Sequence record: DRR723986_5609 | DNA length: 51,444 nucleotides | Strand: one strand, 5' to 3' | Part shown: in pieces, positions 10,528 to 18,832 of the stretch | Position numbering within the stretch: position 1 is the stretch's first letter | How the letters are laid out: each line of letters opens with the position of its first letter | Notes under the pieces: generated by a model | Database searches by the model: none | Seen by the model: only the letters and a program-made list of their open reading frames with translations | What the model was told of the DNA's origin: nothing | Translations under genes and position numbers: made by a program

Positions 10528-10540
10528 ATGAAATAAAGAG

Positions 10541-10668
10541 ATCGCGTCCCTAGGCATCCTCCTCCCAGCCGACGGGCGTGTGACACGCAGGGCATCCTCC
10601 TCCCAGCCCTGTCACGTCGAAACGTCGCCCGCCAGCACCTCCTCCCGCTGGCGGGCGTTCGTTTTTCT
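10541..10668 (+). ncRNA. Cuckoo-family (CcsR/alpha-r14-like) sRNA, three hairpins with CCUCCUCCC loops
   Basis: CCTCCTCCC at 10558-10566, 10596-10604 and 10638-10646, each in a stem-loop. The last hairpin is followed by a U-tract. Located in the 3' region of a DUF1127 gene. Confidence 0.9.
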
Positions 10669-11200
10669 GGCGTCCTGATTTCCTCCCATCCCTGTCTGGT
10701 CAGGCAAGAGATTCCTCAAAATTCTGACACTCCAACGCCAAGTGCGATATCTGGATGTGCTCAACTGTCTCCAGGTCGATGTCTCTGCTCTTGCGGCGAC
10801 AGCTCGCTCATTCCTCCAAGCGAAGCATTCCCTGTGAGAACGCCCAAACGATGCAAGTCAGCACAAAATAGGTATTCACAAGCTGGGTCGTTACCCGGGC
10901 CGGGGGCGCATTCGGATAATTTTATGTCTTCGCTTGTTGCGATGCCATGTTTTCGATTGGGCTGGTAGATCGACAACCTGTCTTGTGAACTCAACCGTCT
11001 TCTCCGCTATCGCCGCCTGCCTTCCGTCAGCGCAGATCACTTGTGCGTACCAGGTCAGTCTAGAGTTTTCAGGCGAGACCAAATGACGGACTGATCCGTA
11101 GAAAGGAACCCTCCCGACTCCATTTCCATTTCGCACCTGCGAACACTCAAATCATGACAGCTATGCGAAGCATGCGGGTCGTTTTGCCATTTCAACCCCA

Positions 11201-11215
11201 TTAAGGCTTTTTTAA
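11201..11215. promoter_or_regulatory. Candidate CtrA box
   Basis: TTAA-GGCTTTT-TTAA (TTAA-N7-TTAA). Confidence 0.5.
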
Positions 11216-11357
11216 TCTGCATTTTTTGCATATCAGCTTCGCAATTTCCCCTCTACCTCGCACTGCACAAAACACCTATCTTCCAGCCTGTAAGAGATGA
11301 ACGGGCCAGACGCCGATCCGCGGTGCCATGGCCATGAGATAGCGAAAGGCCTAAACC

Positions 11358-11507
11358 ATGATCGATACTGTTGTTCGCAAATTCAATAACTGGAAACGCT
11401 TCCGTCAGACCTATGACGAGCTGTCCAACCTGTCCAACCGCGAACTGGACGACCTGGGCATTGCCCGCTCCGACATCGCTCGCTACGCGCGCATGTCTGC
11501 GAAATAA
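11358..11507 (+). CDS. Small DUF1127 (YjiS-like) protein, 49 aa, second copy
   Basis: Below ORF cutoff. MIDTVVRKFNNWKRFRQTYDELSNLSNRELDDLGIARSDIARYARMSAK; RBS GAAAGG upstream. Confidence 0.94.
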   Translation: MIDTVVRKFNNWKRFRQTYDELSNLSNRELDDLGIARSDIARYARMSAK

Positions 11508-11514
11508 CAAAGCT

Positions 11515-11628
11515 TCGCGGTCAGAAGGTATCCTCCTCCCAACCTGATGACCGCATCTTCCGCGCTCCATGCGTGGAACTCCAAAAGCGCCTGCCGGTAC
11601 CTCCTCCCACCGGCGGGCGTTTTTTTTG
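11515..11628 (+). ncRNA. Cuckoo-family sRNA, two CCUCCUCCC hairpins plus a degenerate middle hairpin
   Basis: CCTCCTCCC at 11532-11540 and 11600-11608 in stem-loops. Terminal hairpin GCGCCTGCCGGT/ACCGGCGGGCGT followed by a long T-tract. Confidence 0.88.
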
Positions 11629-11801
11629 TTTTGTCGGCAATCATATCGGTGCCCGACCTCAGACCATTCCGTCACATCGATATGGCGCACATTGCGGTTG
11701 CCCGACTTTGCCTGTAATCAGGTCGGCAAAGCAATTGTCCGGATCCACCTTGCCGCAAGTCGGTGACGAAAGGCGGCCGGAACAAGTCCCAGGGACACAA
11801 A

Positions 11802-13220
11802 ATGACCCCCATCCATATCATCGGCGGCGGCCTTGCCGGTTCAGAGGCTGCCTGGCAGATCGCACAAGCCGGACTGCCCGTCGTCCTCCACGAAATGCGC
11901 CCTGTCCGCAAAACGGATGCTCATCAGACCGAAGGTCTTGCCGAACTTGTCTGCTCGAATTCTTTTCGTTCTGACGATTCCGAGCAAAACGCCGTTGGCC
12001 TGATACATCATGAACTGCGTCAGCTCGGTTCTCTCATCATGTCTTGCGCTGACGCGCATCAGGTACCTGCCGGCAGTGCACTTGCCGTGGATCGGGACGG
12101 ATTCTCCAACGCTGTAACGACCGCACTTCAAAATCATCCGAATGTGACGATCTCGCGTGAGGAAGTCGCGGGTCTGCCCCCCTCTGACTGGGAAAAGGTC
12201 ATCATTGCAACGGGACCGCTGACGTCACCGGCTCTCTCGGCGGCAATCCTGGAAAAAAGCGGGGAAGATGCTCTTGCATTCTTCGACGCTATTGCACCGA
12301 TCCTCCACTTCGAAAGTGTTGATCTTTCTAAGGCCTGGTTCCAGTCCCGCTATGACAAGGTGGGGCCTGGCGGCACTGGCAAGGACTATCTCAACTGCCC
12401 GCTGGACAAGGTGCAATACGAAGCATTTATCGATGCGCTTCTTGAAGGTGAAACAGCGGACTTCAAGGAATGGGAAGAAAACACGCCCTACTTTGATGGC
12501 TGCCTACCAATTGAAGTCATGGCTGCCCGCGGCCGCGAAACACTTCGGCATGGCCCGATGAAGCCCATGGGACTGACCAACGCGCATAATCCGGAGGTGA
12601 AGGCCTACGCGGTTGTGCAACTGCGTCAGGACAATGCACTCGGCACGCTCTACAACATGGTCGGTTTCCAGACAAAGCTGAAATACGGTGCCCAGGCCGA
12701 CATTTTCCGGATGATTCCAGGCCTTGAAAACGCACAATTTGCCCGCCTTGGCGGCCTTCACCGCAACACCTTCCTGAACTCGCCGAAGGTTCTCGATGGA
12801 ACCTTACGGCTCAAAGCCGATCCTCGGCTGCGGTTTGCCGGTCAGATCACCGGCTGTGAGGGCTATGTGGAATCGGCGAGCGTCGGTTGCCTCGCCGGAC
12901 TGTTTGCAGTCCTTGAAGCCCGCGGTCAGGAGATCGTCCCGCCCCCCGCAACGACTGCCATGGGTGCGCTGCTCGGTCATATAACCGGCGGACACATTAC
13001 ACGGGACGAAGGTGCCGGCAAACCGGGGTCCTTCCAGCCGATGAATGTCAATTTCGGCCTCTTCCCCGAAGTGGACGCACCAAACAAGGATGAAAACGGC
13101 AAGCGACTGAAAGGCAAGGACAAAACCCGTGCCAAGAAGCTTGCGATGACCAACCGGGCCAAGACGGACTTCACGGGCTGGCAGGCCAAGTTGGGCCTTG
13201 TGAAACAGGCCGCCGAATAG
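11802..13220 (+). CDS. trmFO: Methylenetetrahydrofolate--tRNA-(uracil-54)-methyltransferase (Gid/TrmFO)
   Basis: [17 protein letters not shown] motif, [32 protein letters not shown]. Confidence 0.98.
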   Translation: MTPIHIIGGGLAGSEAAWQIAQAGLPVVLHEMRPVRKTDAHQTEGLAELVCSNSFRSDDSEQNAVGLIHHELRQLGSLIMSCADAHQVPAGSALAVDRDGFSNAVTTALQNHPNVTISREEVAGLPPSDWEKVIIATGPLTSPALSAAILEKSGEDALAFFDAIAPILHFESVDLSKAWFQSRYDKVGPGGTGKDYLNCPLDKVQYEAFIDALLEGETADFKEWEENTPYFDGCLPIEVMAARGRETLRHGPMKPMGLTNAHNPEVKAYAVVQLRQDNALGTLYNMVGFQTKLKYGAQADIFRMIPGLENAQFARLGGLHRNTFLNSPKVLDGTLRLKADPRLRFAGQITGCEGYVESASVGCLAGLFAVLEARGQEIVPPPATTAMGALLGHITGGHITRDEGAGKPGSFQPMNVNFGLFPEVDAPNKDENGKRLKGKDKTRAKKLAMTNRAKTDFTGWQAKLGLVKQAAE

Positions 13221-13284
13221 TCGGTGCCGATTGGCCCCATGTTCAGGCATGTGCGGCCGGATCGATTGCATTTTCATGATTTTC

Positions 13285-13320
13285 AAACAGGCGCTTTTTC
13301 TCGCGGGAAAGCGCCTGTTT
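13285..13320. terminator. Hairpin/terminator between convergent trmFO and synthase-like gene
   Basis: AAACAGGCGCTTT / AAAGCGCCTGTTT 13-bp perfect inverted repeat. Confidence 0.75.
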
Positions 13321-13347
13321 GTGTGTCTGGAAATCATCCGTACTGTA

Positions 13348-14199
13348 TCAGATGGCCTTCAGTACGTTCCCGGACGCTCGCCAGAGTATCCATTGTCGCC
13401 TGAGTTGAGACATCTCCGCGACCTGCTTCAACGGATCCAGGTCTTCCCGTTCCAGTTTTTTCAGGAATGGCTCCACAAGAACCAGTGGCAGGTAGGCTGC
13501 CTGACAGGCGGTTGGTACATCCTTTGACGCCTGACGCACACGGCCGAGGTGATGGCGGACATGGCCGCGCATTTCAGCAAGCACAGCCCGAAGTTCGGCC
13601 GTCGTTTCGCCTCGAAACACTGTCTGGACGTCAAGATTGTGCCGGTCACAGACGTCCTTCGGCAAATACATCTGCTGCCGCGACGCATGCCAAGGAAGTG
13701 CGCGCATCAAACCGGTCAGCGCATACGCCACGCCCGCGTGCCCTGCGGCCGTTGCCGTGCCGGCTTCCTTGCCATCATTCAAGACAAGGCAAGCCAGCTG
13801 GATCACCCCAGAAACGGTTTCACCAGCGTAACCTTCCAGATCGTTGAGACTTGGCATCTGGTCGTTGTAGAGATCGAAAACCCTTGCCTCCGCCATCGCC
13901 ACAAGGCTTTCTTTCGGCAATTCGTATCGGTCGATCGTCTGCAACAAGGCATTGGCAACCGGATTGGACGCAACAGCTCCATGTTCCGTGCCTTCGAGCA
14001 GGTCTCGCCACCATTGTAGCCGAACTTCACCCGGAAGCGGTTCCGACACCAGTTCTCGAATACGGGAAATCTCGGCGCTGTAGGCATAGAGCGCCATCAG
14101 TCCATTGCGATGGGCTTCTGGTGCCAGCAACGCACTGAGATAGCGGTCATTGTCAAATTGACGAACCACATCGGCAGCATGGTCAAAATCGGTCGTCAT
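13348..14199 (-). CDS. Squalene/phytoene synthase-fold protein (NDUFAF6-like)
   Basis: DRYLSALLAP...ALYAY.AEISRIRE.VSEPLPGEVRLQWWRD pattern. The Asp-rich catalytic motifs are absent. Confidence 0.88.
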   Translation of the reverse strand: MTTDFDHAADVVRQFDNDRYLSALLAPEAHRNGLMALYAYSAEISRIRELVSEPLPGEVRLQWWRDLLEGTEHGAVASNPVANALLQTIDRYELPKESLVAMAEARVFDLYNDQMPSLNDLEGYAGETVSGVIQLACLVLNDGKEAGTATAAGHAGVAYALTGLMRALPWHASRQQMYLPKDVCDRHNLDVQTVFRGETTAELRAVLAEMRGHVRHHLGRVRQASKDVPTACQAAYLPLVLVEPFLKKLEREDLDPLKQVAEMSQLRRQWILWRASGNVLKAI

Positions 14200-14224
14200 A
14201 AAGCCCGATAGCCTTTGAGGTGCT

Positions 14225-14602
14225 TCAGTCGACAGCGATCAGTGCAGCTGCGACAGCCCGGTCTTCCGACAGAAGCACGTTGAAGGTCCGAAGCGCGGCG
14301 CCTGTCGACATCGGGTCGGACAATATGCCCGCCTCCCGAAACAGCGTTTTCAGCTCTGCCGGCAATGGTCGAAGTTCCTTGCCGGTTCCGACCAGAAGCA
14401 CTTCAATGTCCGCCTGTTCCTCCAGAACCTTCTGAAAGGCTTCAGGAGTAAAGGCGGACGCATCGCTAACGTCCCAGCCGTAGATTCCGCTCGGAACGCA
14501 TAACAAGGATCCGCGATGAGACATCCCGGCAAACCGGAAGCCGCCGTTGCCATAAGCTTCGAGCGGCGCCCGACCGGGAAAATGCGCATCGCGGATTTCC
14601 AT
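14225..14602 (-). CDS. Mth938/DUF498-family protein (NDUFAF3-like)
   Basis: YGNGGFRF...HRGSLL, EVLLVGTG, MSTGAALRTFNVLLSEDRAVAAAL. Start moved to ATG 14602. Confidence 0.92.
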   Translation of the reverse strand: MEIRDAHFPGRAPLEAYGNGGFRFAGMSHRGSLLCVPSGIYGWDVSDASAFTPEAFQKVLEEQADIEVLLVGTGKELRPLPAELKTLFREAGILSDPMSTGAALRTFNVLLSEDRAVAAALIAVD

Positions 14603-14612
14603 CGTACCGTCC

Positions 14613-15563
14613 CTAAGCCGACGCTTTCGCCTTTGGATCCTTTTCGCCATCGTCGTCCTTCGGAGACATGGCCTCCGCACGAAGATTGAACAGGATCAGG
14701 AAAGGAGCCGCCAGGAAGATCGACGAATAGGTGCCGATCACGATACCGAAGATCATTGCGAGGGTGAACGACTGGATGACCTCACCGCCGAAGATGTAAA
14801 GCGCGAAAAGCGCCAGCAGCGTCGTGAGAGACGTCATGGTCGTACGAGACAGCGTCTCGTTGATCGACATGTCGAGCACTTCCGTCAATGGCCGCTTCTT
14901 GTATTTGCGCAGGTTCTCGCGAATACGGTCATAAACGACCACGGTATCGTTGAGTGAGTAACCGATGATGGTCAGAACGGCCGCGATACTGGACAACGAG
15001 AAATCAAGCTGCAGCAGGACGAACAGGCCAATGGTTATGACCACGTCGTTGGCCGTTGTCAGAATGGCCCCAACCGCAAACTGCCACTCGAAGCGGAACC
15101 AGATGTAGAACAGGATCGCCAGCAACGAGGCGGCAACCGCGATTGCCCCTGCCTGAGCCAGCTCACCCGAAACACGCGGGCCCACAACTTCGACACGGCG
15201 GAAATCCACTTCCTGACCTTCGAAAATGGTTCGCACCTTGCCGATAACGGCCTGTTGAGCAAGCTCGCCACCCGGCTGTTCTTCAACACGGATCAAAATG
15301 TCGTCCGACCCGCCGAATTCCTGCACCTGGACATCCCCAAGGTTCAGGGAAGACAGATCGGAACGGATCGAGGCGACATCGGCCGGACCATCGGTCTTGA
15401 TTTCGATGATGGTACCGCCCTTGAAGTCGATGCCGTAATTCAGCCCAACGGTGAAGAAGGCGGCGATTGATGCGATCACCAGTACGATGGACAGCGGAAA
15501 ACTGACTTTCCGCAGCCACATGAATTTGATTTTGGTGTTGTCCGGAACAATTCTCAGCAACAT
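14613..15563 (-). CDS. secF: Protein translocase subunit SecF
   Basis: GLNYGIDFKGGT, VGPRVSGEL, GYSLNDTVVVYDRIREN. Confidence 0.98.
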   Translation of the reverse strand: MLLRIVPDNTKIKFMWLRKVSFPLSIVLVIASIAAFFTVGLNYGIDFKGGTIIEIKTDGPADVASIRSDLSSLNLGDVQVQEFGGSDDILIRVEEQPGGELAQQAVIGKVRTIFEGQEVDFRRVEVVGPRVSGELAQAGAIAVAASLLAILFYIWFRFEWQFAVGAILTTANDVVITIGLFVLLQLDFSLSSIAAVLTIIGYSLNDTVVVYDRIRENLRKYKKRPLTEVLDMSINETLSRTTMTSLTTLLALFALYIFGGEVIQSFTLAMIFGIVIGTYSSIFLAAPFLILFNLRAEAMSPKDDDGEKDPKAKASA

Positions 15564-15579
15564 TTGAAAGTCTCCCGGA

Positions 15580-17190
15580 TCAAATCGGCAATTTCGACGG
15601 ACGGCGGTGGCGGAGCCAAAGGGCTACCAGCAACCGGCTGAACGTGAATGCCGAGAACACTGTGGTGAAGATACCGATGGCCAATGTCACGGCGAAGCCC
15701 TTGACCGGACCCGAGCCGAGCTGGAACAGGATTACGGCGGCGATCAGGGTCGTGATGTTGGCATCCAGGATCGTACCGAGGGCACGGCTGAAGCCTGCAT
15801 CCACCGCAGAAATGACAGATCTCCCTGCCCTTGCTTCTTCGCGAATACGCTCGAAAATCAGCACGTTCGCATCCACCGCCATACCGATCGTCAAAACGAT
15901 ACCTGCAATGCCGGGCAAGGTCAGTGTTGCCTGCAGCATTGTCAGCGCACCGAAGATCAGGAAGATGTTCACCATCAGAGCCAGGTCGGCAATGATGCCG
16001 AAGCGGCCATAGGCCAGGATCATGAAGACGATCACCAGACCGCCGCCGATGATAGACGCCAACTTGCCTGCTTCAATGGAGTCAGCGCCGAGGCCCGGAC
16101 CGATAGAGCGTTCCTCGATGACGGTCAATTTGGCCGGCAATGCACCGGCGCGCAATAGCACGGCAAGGTCGTTGGCGCCCTCCAGCGTGAAGCTGCCGGA
16201 AATCTGACCTGAACCACCGGTGATCGGTTCACGGATAACCGGCGCGGAAATGACTTCATTGTCGAGCACGATTGCGAACGGACGGTTGACGTTCTGCTGC
16301 GTGATCTGGGCGAACTTGCGTGCGCCGGACTGATTGAAGCGGAAGTTCACAACCGGCTCGTTGTTGCGCTGGTCGAAACTGACCTGAGCATCGACAAGGT
16401 CTTCGCCCGACAGGAGCGGCGCTTCCTCGAGAAGATAAGGGATGGGCGGATCATCAACCGAAGTCATGATGACAGTGCCTGCAGGCGGACGGTTCTGAAG
16501 CGCCTGTTCGCCGGACATGGACGTATCGACCATGTGGAAAGTGAGCTGCGCCGTCTGGCCGACGAGATCTTTCAAGCGTTCCGGATCATCTTCACCCGGT
16601 GCTTCGACCAGAATCCGGTCGGCGCCCTGGCGCTGGATGCTGGGTTCCGTAGTCCCCAGTTCATCGACACGACGCCGGATGACCTCGATGGATTGCTGGA
16701 CGATATTCGTCATGCGATCTTCCAGGCCCTGCTCGGAATAGGTAAACCGGACGAGCCCGTCTTCCGTCACGGTCATGTCAAACTCATTGACCGCCTGACC
16801 GCCAAAAACACTGGAGGCCAGCGGGTTGACGAGTGGCTGCAGACGCTCTTCCGCATCGGCCAGCCGCGTCAGATCGCGAATACGAACCTGAGCGGCGTCT
16901 CCCTGAACTCCGAGCCCCGTATACCCGATGCGCGGATCTTCGCGCAGGGTTGACCGGATATCGCCGACAAGCGCCTTCATGCGCTTCTGGACGTAATCCT
17001 GCTTGTCGATTTCATAAAGCAGATAAGCACCGCCCTGAAGGTCAAGACCGAGAACCATCTGGTTCTTCGGCAGGAAGTCCGGCCAGCTTTCAAGTTGTTT
17101 TTGGGAGAAGAAATTCGGCAGCGTGGTCAGGATGCCAGCGGCAACCACAAGCACGATCAGCGCGATTTTCCAGCGTGCGAAATAGAGCAT
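15580..17190 (-). CDS. secD: Protein translocase subunit SecD
   Basis: LGLDLQGGA, RRVDELGTTEP, LTLPGIAGIVLTIGMAVDANVLIFERIREE. Confidence 0.98.
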   Translation of the reverse strand: MLYFARWKIALIVLVVAAGILTTLPNFFSQKQLESWPDFLPKNQMVLGLDLQGGAYLLYEIDKQDYVQKRMKALVGDIRSTLREDPRIGYTGLGVQGDAAQVRIRDLTRLADAEERLQPLVNPLASSVFGGQAVNEFDMTVTEDGLVRFTYSEQGLEDRMTNIVQQSIEVIRRRVDELGTTEPSIQRQGADRILVEAPGEDDPERLKDLVGQTAQLTFHMVDTSMSGEQALQNRPPAGTVIMTSVDDPPIPYLLEEAPLLSGEDLVDAQVSFDQRNNEPVVNFRFNQSGARKFAQITQQNVNRPFAIVLDNEVISAPVIREPITGGSGQISGSFTLEGANDLAVLLRAGALPAKLTVIEERSIGPGLGADSIEAGKLASIIGGGLVIVFMILAYGRFGIIADLALMVNIFLIFGALTMLQATLTLPGIAGIVLTIGMAVDANVLIFERIREEARAGRSVISAVDAGFSRALGTILDANITTLIAAVILFQLGSGPVKGFAVTLAIGIFTTVFSAFTFSRLLVALWLRHRRPSKLPI

Positions 17191-17261
17191 GGTCAAGCCT
17201 TAAATGCAGCCAGGCCGATCTGAACCGGCCCGGCGGTATCATCGAAGCGGCGGGGATCGCG

Positions 17262-17597
17262 TTACGCGTTTTCCTTGGCCGGTTCGGTTTTGGAGCGCAC
17301 TTCCTGCACCATGGAACGTACGAGACGAACCTTGACGCCCTCGGAAAGTTCGACCTGCACTTCACCGTCGTCTACGACTTTGGAAACCTTGCCGATCAGG
17401 CCACCGGTGGTCACGATGGTGTCACCACGGCGAAGGTTGGCAACCATGTCCTGATGCTTCTTCATGCGCTGACGCTGCGGGCGGATGATCAGGAAATACA
17501 TGATTGCGAAGATCGCCACGAAAGGCAGGATCTGGATCAAGAAACCGGAAGCGCCTGCCGGACCGGCTGCCTGCGCGTAGGCTGGTGTGATAAACAT
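17262..17597 (-). CDS. yajC: Preprotein translocase subunit YajC
   Basis: MYFLIIRPQRQRMKKHQDM..L.RGD.IVTTGGLIG; upstream of secD. Confidence 0.98.
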   Translation of the reverse strand: MFITPAYAQAAGPAGASGFLIQILPFVAIFAIMYFLIIRPQRQRMKKHQDMVANLRRGDTIVTTGGLIGKVSKVVDDGEVQVELSEGVKVRLVRSMVQEVRSKTEPAKENA

Positions 17598-17840
17598 TCA
17601 CTTCTCCTAAGTGGCGTTTTTGGTGACCACCGACCCCTCTGTCGGGTCTTCGGCAAAAACGCTCTCATTCTGGTGGCGCGGACTATAACTGCGGCGCGCC
17701 TCATTTCAAGCTTTGCAAGCAGTTTCCAGCGTACCGGTATGGGAATAACTGACGTTTTCGTGTTTCCCGCACCGTGTTAATCCTGCCATCACTTAATTCA
17801 GGGCCTGACATGGGCCTTTTTGACAGGGCTTGCAAGAAGA

Positions 17841-18713
17841 ATGAACGCTGAAAACGACCTCACCGCATTAAATGCAAAACTCGATTCCCTGATCGACCTT
17901 ATCGCACGTGCGGTGCCGGCCCGTCCCGGCAGCCCGGATTTTTCGGTTGCTGACGCTTTCGTCTGGGCGCCTGATCCAGGTGAGCTGCTACCGGTTCAAA
18001 AGGTCAATCGCGTCGATATCACGTTGCTTTGTGCGGTTTCCCATGTGCGAGATCTTCTTCTCGACAATACGCGCCGGTTTGCAACGGGATTACCTGCAAA
18101 CAACGCATTGCTGTGGGGCGCCAGAGGCATGGGCAAATCCTCACTGGTCAAGGCTGCCCATGCAGCGATCGCCGTCGAAAACGCTTCCGCGGGCTTGAAA
18201 CTCATTGAAATTCATCGAGAAGACATCGAGTCGCTGCCCAAACTCATGAACCTCATCCGGGACGTTTCCTGCAGGTTCATCGTTTTTTGCGACGACCTGA
18301 GTTTCGACAATGACGACACCTCGTACAAGTCGCTCAAAGCCGTTCTTGAGGGCGGGATCGAAGGTCGGCCTGACAACGTCATTTTCTATGCCACTTCGAA
18401 CCGCCGTCACCTTCTGCCAAGGGACATGATCGAGAACGAACGCTCGACAGCAATAAACCCCGCAGAAGCCGTTGAAGAAAAGGTTTCGCTGTCGGACCGG
18501 TTCGGGCTTTGGCTCGGGTTTCACAAGTGCAGCCAAGACGACTACCTGGATATGGTGCGCGGCTATGCCGCACACTTTGACCTGAAGATCGAAGCCGACG
18601 AATTGCGGGCAAAAGCGCTGGAATGGGCGACGACGCGCGGCAGCCGGTCGGGCCGTGTTGCTTTTCAGTTCATTCAGGATCTGGCCGGCAGGCTCGGCAA
18701 GACGATTTCCTGA
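17841..18713 (+). CDS. DUF815-family AAA+ ATPase
   Basis: NNALLWGARGMGKSS Walker A, FCDDLSF, YATSNRRHL, EEKVSLSDRFGLWLGF. Confidence 0.92.
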   Translation: MNAENDLTALNAKLDSLIDLIARAVPARPGSPDFSVADAFVWAPDPGELLPVQKVNRVDITLLCAVSHVRDLLLDNTRRFATGLPANNALLWGARGMGKSSLVKAAHAAIAVENASAGLKLIEIHREDIESLPKLMNLIRDVSCRFIVFCDDLSFDNDDTSYKSLKAVLEGGIEGRPDNVIFYATSNRRHLLPRDMIENERSTAINPAEAVEEKVSLSDRFGLWLGFHKCSQDDYLDMVRGYAAHFDLKIEADELRAKALEWATTRGSRSGRVAFQFIQDLAGRLGKTIS

Positions 18714-18718
18714 AATGA

Positions 18719-18744
18719 CAAAGCCCGGCGCAAGGGCCGGGCTG
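18719..18744. terminator. Hairpin between convergent DUF815 and nlpD genes
   Basis: AGCCCGGC-GCAAGG-GCCGGGCT stem-loop; short U-tract on the minus strand. Confidence 0.6.
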
Positions 18745-18832
18745 ATTGACAAGATTCACGGTTTTTGGCCACGGACTGCCTTCTCTCATCCGGCGGATCG
18801 CAAGGTCCCACCGGATACGAGAATTGTCAGCG

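Noticed and set aside
10553..10646. Repeated GGCATCCTCCTCCCAGCC units as a possible mini-CRISPR
   Set aside because: Units are short, spacers form stems with the flanks and there are no cas genes. The pattern fits cuckoo sRNA modules.
10761..11136. Short minus-strand ORFs of 77 and 81 aa
   Set aside because: Non-ATG starts, no clear RBS, no recognisable motif; not supported as genes.
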